Source: Antechinus flavipes | Taxonomy: Eukaryota | Reading direction: 5' to 3' | NCBI RefSeq assembly: GCF_016432865.1 | Contig: NC_067401.1 | Coordinates: 393,700,001 to 393,764,000 of the forward strand | Length of the DNA stretch: 64,000 nucleotides | Shown here: piece by piece, positions 33,830 through 48,410 of the stretch | Numbering within the stretch: position 1 is the first letter of the stretch | How the letters are laid out: each line of letters starts with the position of its first letter | The notes under the pieces: model-generated | Databases searched by the model: none | What the model was told of the DNA's origin: nothing | What the model saw: the letters and a program-made list of their open reading frames with translations, nothing else | Made by a program: the position numbers and the translations under genes

Positions 33830-36800
33830 TGGATCTTTGCTTCCAAAAATTACTTCTATTTATAAATATGCATAAATACCCATAACATAGAAAGCAAAAA
33901 TAAAAAATTGAGAGCAATAGAATTCTGAAAAATATTCCCTGTACATCATTACATTAAAGAAGCTAAGTTACATGAACACTTTTCCTATAAATCTTTCATT
34001 TTCTGTATTTTATTTAAATAAGGTTTTACTTATATCTTATATTTCTTACATCATCATCATCATCATCATCATTACAAGTATGGCTCATTCTTACTATCAG
34101 AAGATCAACCCATATAATACTTGTTAGAAAGGAAAACAGTACTTTTTAGAGAGGAAAAAATAGATTCCTCTATTTTTAGTACTGTCATTAATCAGTACAT
34201 TGAAAAAATCCAAAAACATGTGCTATGTATAAGATCTATGTACCTCCTACCTTCACAGAGGAGTTGATTGGGAAAATGTCCTCATATCTCTTCATTCATT
34301 CCTTCTTGAGTTTTATAATTTTTTGACAGTTACTCAATTTTTTTTTTTGGGTTTGTAGTTCTATTTACATTGCTGTAAATAGCCTCCTATATTTATAGTT
34401 TTGGTTGCACTCCAATTTTTGTCAGTTCAAATTGATCTTTCTGTGCTTCTATGCATTCATCCCCATCGTTTTTTAGAGCACAGTAATATTCTATTAAGCT
34501 TATGTACCACAATATATTTAGTCTCCAGTTGATGGGAATCAACTTTGTTTCTGATTTTTAGCTATCACAAAAAAGTACTATTAATAAATAATTTAGATTA
34601 TTTGGGGACTTATTTCTTATTAGTATTGCTTTGGGAGATAATGTTAATTATGACTGTTTCAAGGAGATATGACAGTTTTAGTTACTTTATTTGCTTATTT
34701 CCAAACTGTTTACCAAAATGGCTGTGCCATTTTTATACTTGTAGTAACTATATATTATTCTGCAGCCCATGCCACACTCTCCTCCAACATTGATAATTGC
34801 CATATTTTTGTCTTTTCCCCCCTTATTGGCAAGTGTGAGGTAAAATCTCAGGGTTGTTTTGATTTGCATTACTATTATTTGCCATGAAAAAGCATCTTTT
34901 GATGTGGTCTTGAATACTTTGCAATTCTTTTGAGAACTATTTTTTTTCATATTTTTTGGACACTCGCCTACTGAAGGATGGTTAGATTCATTTTTATGTG
35001 TATATAGATATACAGTCATATGAATACATACATACATTAGTGTGTAAGATATTTACATGTATGCATATATTGTTAAATATCTTATGTTAAAATCTTGTCT
35101 GAGAAGATTGATACAATTTCCCTTCCATTCAACTACTTCTTTTTTTATGCTAGGGACATTGATTTTGTCTTTGAAGAAACTTTTTAATTTCAAGTAATCA
35201 GAATCTTCTAAATTTTGTAGTTCCTTCTGTCTTTTAATTGTGAGAAGTATATGATGGTTCTATTCAATTTTTATAGCATGATTTTAATCTTACTTTGCAT
35301 ATCTATTTAAAATATATTATGGAAAAAGGTGTTGGTATAAATTTAATTTCTCCCAAACTCCCTTCTAATATTTCTAACTTTTTTTTAATCAAATAAGGTT
35401 CTTTTTTTCTAATTTATGTTTTCTCCTTTATAAAAAACTCAGTTATTGAGTACATTGCATTTTTTTTTTTGGTACTATTGTTTCTATTTCTCCTCTATTT
35501 ATCCTGTTCCACTGATATAGCTCTCTATATTTTTAACCAATACTAGGTGGTTTTTGACAACTGCTGCTATATAAAATAGTTTGAGATTTGGTTTCTTAAA
35601 ATGTTTTCAATGTCTCTTTATTATTAAACTCCATCTTTTTTACATGTGATGAAAATTAGATTGATGGGAGAGGTTACTCTGGATTGCATCTTGAGCTCCA
35701 TTGCTTTTAGAACACCATCATTCCATTCGATACCATGTTTTCTGGTGTATGCAGCATGATCTTGAACTATTTCATTTTATTTTTCTTTTGTATTTAAAGT
35801 TCTTTCTCATGATTGTTTGAAGAACTTATTTCAAAAAATTTAACCACTATATGTCTTGAGATTTTTAGCTTTTTTATATTCTGTTCTGCTGCTTAAACTA
35901 TGATCCTAAGATTATATATACTGCCCTCCAGAATAGTATGTATTATTTATATAGAGAACATGTTTTATTTTTTTTTCTTTTCTAGATTGTCTTTCTATCT
36001 AGGTTTCTCTTTTTCTCGATTATCTTTCAATTGTATATAATTTGCATTCCTAATCTATTCTTTTTCCTTTGTTTCTTAGGTGAAGCTTGCTATTTCAGAT
36101 TCCAGTTTTATTCTTCTTCTTTTTGCTTTTGTGTGCAGGACATAAATTCTCCTGTCACAAAGAACAACATGTTATAGTTCCATATTCTCATGTTCCACAG
36201 GATTTTTCTGTCTCATCAAATGTTGAGTAACACTCCTTTATTTTTTAGCATTGATTTATAGTTGCTTGAGTTAATTTATTAGACCTGGAGGGCATATTTT
36301 CTCCTGTTGTTGTTTTCCATCTTGATTTATTGGTTTATATTTTTATTTTTTCCTGAGATCGTGGGAGTTTTAGTCTGTTCCTTCCCTCTAGTACTTCCTC
36401 CTATCCCCCCTCCCCAGCCATTTCTCCTAATTCTCTTTCTGACTCCATTCTGATGGTGATTTCTTTGTTAGATGAATCTCAAAATACCTCAGCCTTTTCC
36501 CACATTGAATAATCTGAAGTTTACTATTCACTAACCTAGATATCTGCTTCAAAAGACCTTTTGGTGGTTAAATTGGCAGCAGCTGAAGACTCTACTTTCT
36601 CTTTCCCATTTAATAAAGTGCTACAAAATCCTATGCACAGTGTCCTGTCTGGTGATTCCTCATGTTCTCTTTGTTCCTTAGTTCTCTTGCATAGCACTGG
36701 AAGTTCAGAGAGCTGTTATTCTGTTGCTATAAGGTTGTGTACTATGGCACTGGCAGTTCAGAACTTTGCAGCAATTTTCTCCCTCTCCATTTACTTACTC

Positions 36801-37120
36801 TGCTACACCCTAACCTCATTCCAAACTTTGCTCCTGTGTTTTCTTTTTGATGCTAGAAACAATAAGAGGAAACAGGAATGTGTGGATGGGTTTTGTTGAA
36901 GGCCTTTGTCTTGGGACTGCTGGTATAGGCTCATTACAAGGGAATAGAGGGGTACTGAGGTGAGGTCAATTAATTTCAGTTCACGATTTAAGAAAATCTC
37001 CCTTTGAATAAGTGGGTGGCTTGGAACATGGAGACAGCTGTATCTTTGACACATGATTTCTGTTTCAGAGAGTTGTAAGAATTATGGGAATCAGAGAAAA
37101 TACTATCTTCCATCTTGTTT
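33830..37120 (-). mobile_element. Ancient L1 with 5'UTR, ORF1 remnant, ORF2 C-terminal part and 3'UTR; EN and RT regions absent
   Basis: 5' motif (reverse complement) CAAGATGGAAG at about 37117; ORF1-like remnant 35.6-36.3 kb; ORF2 C-terminal text 34.7-35.59 kb; abrupt junction near 35592. Confidence 0.7.
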
Positions 37121-38353
37121 AGATGAGCCAGAATCCCTCCCTAAATTTTCTTTAATTAAATATTCCTATTAGAAAAAGTAATGGTAATCCTTATTGTTAA
37201 CTTTTTATTCCTGTATGTAAGAAGTAATTCTGTGCTGAGTTTTTATTTCCTTTAGCAGAGTACCTTTAGATTAGTTGGCAATTAGAGAATTAGAGAATCA
37301 GGCAGTATTGCTTGATTAAAGGAGTGCTGGAGTGGAAGGAATAAATCTGGGTTCACTTCTGCCTCTAACTGCATGACCATAGGTCCTAACTACTCAGATG
37401 CAACTTTTTAAGAACATACATATATATATATATATAGCTAGATTGGGATCTGATTTAGTGAATTGCAAAATAAATTCTTATATTTCCTAGAATCTTAGAT
37501 AATATCTGGATGGGATTTTAGAGCATATTCCCTCTGTCCCAGCTCCCTCAATTGACATATGATAAAACTGAGACCCAAGCAATAGAAGTGACAATAGTAT
37601 CAGAGAGCCATTAAGTAGAACCATGTCTTGTGACTCCCATTTCCATGGATATTTTAATTATATGCTCTCTCTTATTATGTGATATATTTTGCATAGGAAA
37701 AAAAGATATCCTAGCAAATTAGTTCATTTTTATGTTGAAATAAAGGGGTTTGATTTAATAAATTTCAACATGAAATATATTATTTTTACTCGTGGGATTG
37801 ATATTCCTTCATGTGTCATTTTTGTTCTAAAATTTTCTATTTACATAGAAAGGAATTTAAGATGTAATTTCTTATATATTCCCCCTCCCAAGGCCCTGTT
37901 CCCCAAGAACTTCATCCTAGTTTTCTTTTATTGCTGTAATTTCCATATTATGCATTCTTTTCCAGCCAATTTTCAGAGCCAAAGTGAAATTAAAAGTGTA
38001 GATGTTTGTCTAAATAATTCAGATTCCCCTCATCTCTTTTATGTCTCCACCTCTCAAACAATAAATGAAAACTTTTCTACTTAAATGAGCAAAATGTTAA
38101 AAGAAACCTTTCATTTCTCTTTGTAGTAAATACATAAAAGTTGAGAAATTTTACATTATTCTTACTATTTTAATTAACAAAATGTTACATACTAAATGTT
38201 TGTAGGATGATTGAATTGTTTCATATTTATGTGGATTCTGAATTGACTTAAAGAGAAAGAGACATGATATACTTTAATGCTCAAATAGTTCTACTCATAA
38301 TTTTAAATATATTTTGTAATTTTGAAATACCCAACATTGAGAATCCAATGATA

Positions 38354-38496
38354 GGGGGCAGCTAGATAGCACAGTGGATAGAATACCAGCCCTGGAGGTA
38401 GGAGGACTTGAGTTCAAATCCAGCCTCAGACTCTTAATATTTACTAGTTGTATGACCTTGGGCAAGTCACTTAACCACAAATCCCAAACCAGAAAA
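38354..38496 (+). mobile_element. WSINE1
   Basis: GGGGGCAGCTAGATAGCACAGTGG...GAGTTCAAATCCAGCCTCAGAC...GGGCAAGTCACTTAACC. Confidence 0.92.
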
Positions 38497-38609
38497 TAGT
38501 TTTGGGGAGAATAGGATGACAGACAATATCAAAGGCAGAAGAAAGATCAAGAAAGATAAAACATGAGGAAAAGCCATTTGATTTGTCAACTAAGAAATCA
38601 TTGGATTTT

Positions 38610-39210
38610 TTTTTGGTAGACTTGTCTGTTTTAAACATTTCTTCATATGTTAACTTCTAGATATTTTATGCATCTCAGAAATTTTGAATGTTTTCTATTT
38701 CAATTGTTTTCATTGTTTTTATCAGTAATATATAGAAAGTATGGTGATTCATATGAATATGCATTATACTTTACTTCTTACTTTTACTTTACTGGATTCA
38801 ATCATCTGGAATGTTTTTTAAGGGTTTTTTTTTTTTTTTTTTTTTCTGGAGTGCTCCAAAATAAAAACCTTACTTCTGTGACTAGAAATGTTTATCTCTC
38901 CTGTTTTTCACTGTTTATTCCCTTAATTTATTCTCTTATTATTATAGTTAAATTTCTAGAATAACATCAAATAATGAAAGAAAAACCAGGAATCCTTTCT
39001 TTATTCCTGTGCTTAGGGAGGAAGTTTTAAGTGTTTCTATGTTGCAAATAGAGCCAACTCTTAGTTTTGATATATTCTTTTGATGATATTAAGAAGAGGC
39101 CCTTTAATGCCTATACTTTTTGGAGTTTTCAAAAAATAATGTTGCATATTGTCAAAGGATTTTTTCTTTTTTTTCTAGGATTTTTTCTATATGCATTGAT
39201 GTAATTAACA
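38610..39210 (-). mobile_element. Old L1 ORF2 fragment (RT region)
   Basis: Colinear with 11.3-11.9 kb of the other L1 (shared TCAGTAATATATAGAAA etc.). Confidence 0.7.
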
Positions 39211-40279
39211 GAAAAATATAGTATATACATTATTATTCTATTCTTCAGAAAGACCTGACTTGGAAGTTAAATGTCCATTTTGGCAGATACTGGCTCAGTA
39301 ACCCTGGACAAATCACTTAATTTTTAATTATTTAGGAAATTCTTTAAGATTTTAAGTTGCAGACAAAGTGCTGACATTTCTTGGTAAAGAGAATTTACTT
39401 ATCTGGGAATTCCTGATAATTGTGATATTACAGATGTGGTTCTAATCTTAAAAAAAATATATTGTTTTTCATTATTTACATGTGTAAGAATTGGGGCCCA
39501 AAACATCGTATTTGGCCCTGGGGAAAAGTTATAAAAAATGCATTAGACCCAAGTGTCCAATGCCTTTATATATAAATAAATCAATTAAACCCATTGATTA
39601 AAAGATCTTTCTAATCACTTTGTTTAAAAGATAGATGCAAATATTAGAGGAAACAGTAAGTATAGAATTAAGGGAAGACTGAGCTATGGTAGAGAAAAGA
39701 GATCCTGAGGACAGTGCTTTGCTATATAAGAATGATAAAGATGATTTAATCTGAGGGAGTTACTAAGAAAAATTTGGATCTTTCTTAAATTTTCTCTCCT
39801 GATACTTGTCTATCTTGAGATACTATGATAGAAATATTTTTTACTTCTTTACACATATTTTCCCAGTTTTACAGGGAATTGAATTTTACTTAACAATAAA
39901 AGATCCAGGATTAACTAGAGATAGATATAAAATATAAAGTTAAAAAGAAAATGGTAGGTATTGTTTGGGTATTAGGAATTTTTCCCAAGTAGAGACTTGG
40001 AGCAACTGAGAACTTTTCATTTAATATTATCTTCTAAAGTTGAAGTGAAAAAAACCAAGTAAACTTTAGCATTCAGTATATTGTCTCTTCAAGGCTTAAA
40101 TTGAAATTATTTTCATGGAAGGCTGTTACTTGTGGTTAGTTATATTCATATGTAATGGATATACTATAGAGAGGATCTTTTTCTCCCAGAAATAGGGAGG
40201 TGGGGAGAAGTAAATGTAAATTTGGGGGTTGGGGGAAGCATTATGTGTGGACAACATTGAGTTTAAAAGTACTGTCATA

Positions 40280-41700
40280 TGGTGTGGGCAGGAAAATTGG
40301 ATGTAAGAAGACTAGAAAGATAGGAACAGTCAGATTGTGCATAATTATAAAAGTCAGATTAATTTATAATTGATGTTAATAGCAATTAGGAGACATTGAG
40401 ACTAATGGCATTAGGGACAGAACTATGATTGGGTCTATGTCAATGGGGGAAAAAGGAACATATCCAAGAGATACTATAATGAATAAATTTTTAAATTTTG
40501 ACAACTGATATGTGTTGTTAGTCAAAGTAAAGAATCAAAAATGGTACCAATGTTTGAAACCTGGGTGACTGAAATTTTGACTGAAGTGGTTTGGCAGAAG
40601 ATATAATCCACTTGTTATTTTGACATGTTGAGTTTGCAATGCCTAGGGGACAATCAGCACTAAATACAAAAAAGAGTTAGTGGTAAAGAACTAAAACTTA
40701 ATACTAGAATAGGCTAGAGAGTTAGGAATCATCCATGTCTAACATTCATTAAAACCATGGAAATTGAAGAGATTTTTTAAGTAAAAGAGTTAAAGAGAGA
40801 AATGAGAGCAAGGCCAGAACAGAGGCTTTGAATATACCCAAAGTGAATGTGACATAGATGAAGCCCAGCAAAAGAGATTGAAAAAGAATAATTCAGACAA
40901 GTAGCAGGAGAACCAATAAAGACTTTTTTTTTTTTACAAATTTAGAAGCAAGAGACCAGTTGAAGGCAGAAGTAAGATTGAGGGAGAGAATGAGAATAGA
41001 GAATTGTGCCAGAAAGGAGAGGAAAGAGTGAGTCTTTAGGTTATATGTGTATATAGAAAAGTTGGTGTTGGCAGGAATAAGGGCCTCCTCTTCAACATCA
41101 ACTAGAGTAAAGGAGGAGACAATAGGAGATAATGCTAGAGATGAAAAGAAAAGGAGTAAATGGAACTCTCTTTAAATAGCTGTATTTTATTTTTTAATAA
41201 AGTATGAGATAAGTTTGATAGTTGAGGGGTAGAAGGAGGAATAATCTGGCAGGAGTGAGGAAAGAAAAGGTTAAGAACAGAAGTTTTGGTCATTAGGATA
41301 GATAATGAATTTGGAAGACATAGCAGGATTGCTTGTTACCATGAAGGACCACTTTAGTAAACTTGCAGATTTGTAATAGATCCAGTCAATATGGTTCCAT
41401 GATTTATATAGTTCTTTCCAGCAGCATGCATACAGGAAGGAAGGAGTTAGTTATATCTTGTGGATAATCCTGTGTAGGCATTTGAGAAGACATTTTCCAT
41501 GATAGGAAAAGGAAAATAGAGAATAATGAAGAGTTGAAATGGTCCATGCAGAGTTTGATTTTAGGAAGAGAGATCAGAGTAGATATTATGGCCTGGAAAA
41601 GTATGGAGGAGAAAAGGGATTGGAATTCTTGGTGATGGTGAAGAATAGATAGTTTAGGAGTGGTATGGCAAAGCAAATGATGGAAAGATGAAATTATCAT
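40280..41700 (-). mobile_element. Degraded L2
   Basis: Purine-rich reverse-complement L2 text, similar to 1-1730. Confidence 0.65.
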
Positions 41701-41757
41701 CAAATATTCTACTTACTGTGAAAGATGAAATTATCATCAAACATTATACTTACTGTG
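41684..41757 (+). repeat. 37-bp tandem duplication (2 copies, 2 mismatches)
   Basis: AAAGATGAAATTATCATCAAA(T/C)ATT(C/A)TACTTACTGTG x2. Confidence 0.95.
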
Positions 41758-43399
41758 ATCATTACCTTATTTGATTCTTTTTTGGGTTTCTATATTAAAG
41801 CAGGTGCTTCAGGACCAAGTGTAACTTATTCCACCATCTTATCAGGTCTCATAGATATATTCATTTTTTTGCTCAAACAAGAAAAAAAAAAGATACCAGA
41901 TAAAATTCAGTAAATATCAACTGTGACATTCCTGCTTCTTAGAATCAGTGTAATCTGTCATTCTTTTTTCCATGGTCATGTCCTTTGACCTTTTGTCATT
42001 TTACCAGCACAAGGCTATTTATTCTGAAACTAAATCTTGTAGGTTTCCAAATGGAGATTGATGTGATTGTCTCATTTACTTTATTAAGTCCTCAAAGTTA
42101 CTCTTTTGTCATTCATGTAGATTCATGATGAAAATGCATCAGAAATTTGTAAAAGCTAACATGTCCCAAGGGTAAAATTAGATGTAAATATTTGGGAAAC
42201 TATCTGTACATTTTCCTTGCAAAGTACACTTCACTAAACTATAGTTTTCAGCAGTTCAGTTTATTCTTGATTAGAAGAGTGTTATCAAATAACTAAAACT
42301 TCCTGGAATTATTAGGTATGTTTTAGATGTAGACAAAAATAATCTAGAGATTTTAGAGCCTTTTAGTCCACTTAAATTTTATAGATAAATAAATTGAATT
42401 ATAGAAAAATTTGGTGACTTGATTAGGGTCCTATGTACAGGGTTAGAAGTGAGATTTGAAGCCAGTTTATATGATTCCAAAGCCAGCACGCTTTCTACTA
42501 GACTATAGCAATCAAGATTAAATACCTATTGTATGCCATGTACCACACTAAGCACTGGACACCATGCTCAGCACTCTGCTTACTCATGTCAGAAATGAAA
42601 TCATTCAGAATTAATTAAAAAAACCATTATGTAATAAAATTTCATTAAATCTCTAGTAATTGTTTTGCTCACCAAAAAATTCTAATAGCAATTTGTCATT
42701 GCTAGATTAATATTTTCATATTAGTGACTATTTGTTTCATTTTAATATTTTCAAGTGGTAATTGATATTTCTGTGGTTCATATGGGTAAATGTGAAAGTC
42801 TGCCTTTAATTTCAAGAATTTAGCAGTTCAAATTAAGGACATAAATTTATATGAATTAACTGAAATTAACTCAAATGTAATACCCAGATTAATCAACACA
42901 TCAGCAAATATAAATAATCATTGTATCTAATATAGGTCAAGTAAATAATAATGATAATATTTATTTAGTATTTATTAATTTAATATATATTAATTAATTT
43001 ATTAAGTATTAAATGTTATTAATACTTAATATAATTATAATTATAATTATAAAGACATAAATGCATAGAGAATTGATTGCTAGACTTAGAATCAAAAAGA
43101 ACTGGAGTCTAGAACTGGTGTTAGTATTCTGACACATAATAACACGTGACTATGAATAAATCACTTAATCTCAGGACCCTTAGTCACTCTTTGAGATTAT
43201 AAATTATAGATGAGTTGCTGGGCTACAACAATGTAGTGAATGGAGTTTCCATTCCTAAAGTTGTATAATAAGGAAGGAAATATAGGTTCCAATTAAAATA
43301 TAAAAATCAAACAAAAATAATAACTGATATTTATATAGTACTCCAAGGTTTGCAAATCAATTCTCACAAATTATGTAATGTCTTTGATCATATAGAGTA

Positions 43400-43620
43400 T
43401 TGTATTCAAGTCTGAGAATCAAAAAATCAGGCATCTAGAAAAGAGCTGCCAGCACATTGAAGGCTTAGAAATAGAACTTATCAATATGTTCCAATATCTA
43501 TGAAATATCTAAGTGGAACAGCTTGGAAGAGACAATAGTATTAGAGAAATAATAGCTATCTTTGAATGTTTTCAATTCATGGGATTTGAAAAAAAAACAG
43601 ATTATTTTGTGTATTTTCAA
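43400..43620 (+). mobile_element. L3/CR1 fragment
   Basis: TGAAGGCTTAGAAA...GAGAAATAATAGCTATCTTTGAATG. Confidence 0.5.
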
Positions 43621-43954
43621 TGCAGTTTTTCATTAAATAAAATTTTGGAATTGTCACCAGTAGGACAAATTTCTAATCTATAATTTTGTGCCCATAAAAG
43701 TTGTACAATAAAAACAGCATTAATATATTCTCATTAATATGAATTAATTTCTTAATTTTACAGAAATTTTTGGGAGTAAAATTGCTTATACGGGACTCAA
43801 AAATTTAGTTGCTAGTATACTTTAAGTTCTAAAAAATGTTGCATCTTATTAATATGTACATTGTTGCAGCTAGAAAAAGGCCAATACGTAGTCATTTTTC
43901 TTTTCTTGATAGGATTCAGTATACATTTCTTCTCTTCCTATTTTTTTTTCTTAA

Positions 43955-44047
<93 letters not shown>

Positions 44048-45318
44048 TAAAGAAAAACTACATGCCATTTCAGTTCAATTAAGACTTTAAGGATAAAAAT
44101 TGCTAATAAATAAGTTAAATATTTTGGATGACTGATACCTATAAAAAAAAGATATGTGTGTGTATATATGGAACCTATGATTAAATGATTAAATTAAAAC
44201 CAATGGGGATACTGCCTACAGTTGCAGAATGAAGCACTCCAGATCAAAGCTCATGGTTGGTTGGTTCATATTTATACACCTTTAAATCTGTAAATTTACA
44301 AAAACTGGTGCTTAAATATCTTCTACTAAGGTCAGTAGCAGAACAGAAATAATTGCATTTATTTTAAGAATATTGTATAGGAATGATTATATGGGTAAAA
44401 TAAGATGATTTTTCTTAAATAACTTATGCATTAAAAATCACACTGATTTATGCATTTTTAGATGTTCAACATAATTTGCTGAAATGGATTCTCTACCTAG
44501 TACAGAGGCTGCCAGGAAATTGCCTGGAAATTCTTTCCATCTAGAATTATCCATGAATATACAGCCTTTCCAATGTACTTTCCAATGTACAAAAGAGTAT
44601 TTCAGCTTAAATGAGCCATTGTCTCTTTATAAAGCAACTTTGTATGAATTCAGGGTTTGTAATAGTTTAACAAGAGGTGATATATTTTTTTCTTCTTTCA
44701 ATCATGACCTAAATTGGACTAAGCTACATATCTATTTATTAATATAAAACTCTTGAACAACCTCTTCAGCTGTTGCTCAGATCAGATCACTTTTCATTTT
44801 GAATAACTGATATAAGCAAAACAGCTGGGGTTTTATTAAATTAAATGAATGGTTTAGATTTATAACTGATTGAACATTGGCTAATTCAAGGTCTTTTAAA
44901 ATACTTGAAGGCCAGATATGGAAGCAATGGAAGCTTTGTCCTCTCATATTTCCTAATGCTACCTTTTGTAAAACAACGATATCTAATGTTTATTTAGCTT
45001 TCTATGGAGAATGTTTAGTAGAACAATTCATTTAGTTAGACTTCATTATTTATTGGTATGTGTTTCTATGGTTTTCCACTTTTTATTTTAAAAGATGTTA
45101 ATGTTTCCAAAATTTAATTGCACCTGCCATTTATCTGTTGCTCATTACTTCTTTAGCTACATTAAGTAAAGGGTATTTGAGGTGTACTTTCAAGTTGTAC
45201 AGCTCTTCTATTAGTGTAATTTTTAAATCTTAACCTTATTTGCATTGAAACACTTTTCAAACTAATTGATGTCATTTTTTTCTCTCAATAATTATTTTAG
45301 TTTTAATTTGTTTTCCAG

Positions 45319-45402
45319 ATATTCTGGCCTTCCTTAAGAAATTTATTTATCCCCGTCTTTCTAAATTGTTGGCTTGCCAAACATGCTTTGGAAAATATGA
45401 TT
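45319..45402 (+). CDS. KCNT2: KCNT2 exon 7 equivalent, 84 nt: [28 protein letters not shown] (S4)
   Basis: ttttccag acceptor, gtaagt donor; one V/I difference from recalled human peptide. Confidence 0.98.
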
Positions 45403-46018
45403 GTAAGTACAAATTGAAATTGTGATTTTAAAACATATTATTTCAAATTTGCTACTATTATTTAAATTAAAACAAATAGATTATGATTTAACAACTTCTT
45501 TTATGGGGCTTTATTAGTTGTTCTTCTTTGGCTTTTCCATACCCCCTTCACAAATAATTTATTGATGCCAAATTCATTCAATTTAAATATAATATGAAGG
45601 ATTTCGTATTGCAATAAACTTTTTTGTGTTTTTTCCATATCTTCTGTTGAATACAAATTGCTTTACAAAAATAAAAGAAAATCAGCATCTTGAAATGAGG
45701 TTTTGTAAAAAAGATAATTAGGAAAGCAAGAGTACTTAAGATAAAAATGCCCTTGCTTAGTGATTTTTGCCAAGTTTTTCCCCATTCTGACCATTTAGAA
45801 CTAAATTAGAATGGGAATATTCCTATAATTCTGAACCATTAAATTTACCAGTCTCTATTATTTAATACTACTTTCAACCTAACCTCATTCCTGTTGTCTG
45901 CAACCACGATAGAATTCCAACATGGCTAGCAAGCTAGATACTAGGGTAATGAAGATACCATGGGCAGCAATAGTAAAGTCAGAATTAGGAGATTCACAGT
46001 TAAGAAGACAGCTAACAC

Positions 46019-46155
46019 AGCAGCTAGGTGGCACAGTATGATAGAGCACCAGCCCTAAAGTCAAGAGGACCTGAGTTCAAATTTGATCTCAGACACTTAA
46101 CACTTCCTACATGTGTGACCCTTGTCACTTAACCCCAATTGCCTTACCAAAAAAA
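46019..46155 (+). mobile_element. WSINE1
   Basis: CAGCTAGGTGGCACAGT...GAGTTCAAATTTGATCTCAGACACTTAACAC...AACCCCAATTGCC plus A tail. Confidence 0.9.
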
Positions 46156-48314
46156 TATAAATATATTCTTAGATAGTAGGAATTTAATAATTTTAGGGAA
46201 ATTATAATAAAGATTATTATATTTATATAGGTCTTTCAGAGTTGTAATGTATTTTCCTCACAAAAATAGCAATAAGGAAGAATAATAATATAATCATTTC
46301 AGAGGAAGGAATTGAGTCTGGGAGCAGTTCAGTACCTTGCCCATGGTCATACAGGTATTAAATTATAGAGTTTGTATTGAAACTCAATTGTATTGTATCT
46401 GGTAGTTTTGCAACTAAGATCTAGAAAATAAGCAAACATCTTTGTTTATATATAGCCAAAGATTTCATGAAATTTGTTGGAGAATTGTTGGAGAAAGATT
46501 AAGTCCTTTTTGGGGGGCCTCTGGTTTGCTACTCACACTGTTTAGGAAAGATGATGTATGACCCCAAGTAAATGTCTATTACTGTTTTAGGAACTTGGAA
46601 TCCTAGAAGGAGTGCTCAAAAGGGGAAGGTGGGGGAAGGTGAAAGTGAAACAGAGCAAGAAATAATGAATTAAGAGGGTGATGATGGATACTTTTTTTTA
46701 AAGTAGCCTTTTTACCCCAGCTTGACCCTAAATAGATATGGGACAATATCTAAGAAACATATCAAAAGTAATTAACTAAATGACTTTTTTATTTTTAAAT
46801 TTTAAGCAACTAATGCTTGGTAGCTGAAAACAGCAAATGGAATTTCCTAGTGGCATCCAGCTTATTAATGGGTTATATCCATCATGAGGAAGAAACAAGA
46901 ATACCATGGCCAAGGTCACATTGGAAAATAAAATCTTGTGGGGGAAGATAATCGTGTTTCATACATATCCTAACAAAGTGTGTTCTGACACAAGTTTTGG
47001 CTGTCAAAACATTTTGGAGAACATTTGGGTTTTCATAAGTGAGCAAATGTTTTAAAAAATATCTGCAGTCACTTGAGTATCATGTAAGCTTTTAACCAAT
47101 GATTAAATAATATAATAGGGGAATGACTGACTGTGGAATATTTTGCAGGGCCATTTGGCTGTCTTTAATTGTCAAAAGGGAAATATTTGTTTCACTAAAT
47201 ACAGATTACATAAGTTTACATTTGAAACAAAATAACCTTCTGACAACTCACATTACAAATAGTTACTTGGGAAAGTTACATAAATGGAAAAAAATAACCT
47301 ACTGATTAAAATTAAAATGGAGAGATGGTGTAATATAGCCAATTTTCATTTGTGTATAGATCATCCATTTTGGAAATATTTTTGCCTTTAGCTTCTCCCT
47401 GCTAATGATGATCTTTTATCCTTTTTTTCTGTTCATTAGCCTCTCTTCCAGAAGGAAAACAGAGTAAGGCTAAGAAATGAGTTTCAAATCAGTCAATTTA
47501 ATTATATTTTAAGTGCTTTCTCTAAAAAAGGAAGTCTATTGGAGAAGAGGTTTAAATTGACACCTAAAATAAGGTTTTTAAAATAATTAGTTAATTTCTC
47601 CTTGTCAGGCTATTATAGTAATTAATAACTAAAATTCATCATATATTTTCATGCCATTATCCCTCCCTTCCTTTGGCTTCTTGGATTTTTAAAGAAGAAA
47701 GACTTACTATTAGCATTTGTTCAACAAGAAGCTATCATTCACAAAGGGTTACCAAAAAAAACATGCTGAGGGGTTTGGAAAGAGCAGAATATAAACTGTC
47801 AAACATTTTTTTTTTTTTTTTGATGATGGAATCAATGAACCCTTCATTTTCTAACAGGGATAATATTTGTCAGCTACTCATCTTTTTGTTGTCATGACAA
47901 CTAAAGTAGCTATCTATATATGAGATCTGAGAAACTGCATAGCACAGTTTATGGAAAGCTGGCCTTTGAAATAAGAAAATTTGTATTCAAGTGAGGCCAC
48001 TGTTGCTTACTTAATGTAACCCTGAGTAAATCAATTAGCCTCTCAATTCTCCAGGGGACCTTTTAAGTCTATTTATTATTTGCAGAACATTTGGTGATCT
48101 GCATTGGCAAAGAAGTAGTTCCTTATAGTGGAAGTCTCAGGTTAGGCCAAACAATAATTGTAATATTAGAGAGGCAAAAAAAGTAGAGGTACAGTGAGAT
48201 CTCTAAACAAATATTATCTTAATGATATCTGTATTTTGGAACTAAGATATTGTATAAACAGTTGTAATTTTTATGTATGCCAAGAGTAACTATTCCTCTT
48301 TACTTTTACTTTAG

Positions 48315-48410
<96 letters not shown>

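Noticed and set aside
40195-40235. Four G-runs, possible G-quadruplex
   Set aside because: One loop is 18 nt and the sequence is isolated; weak candidate
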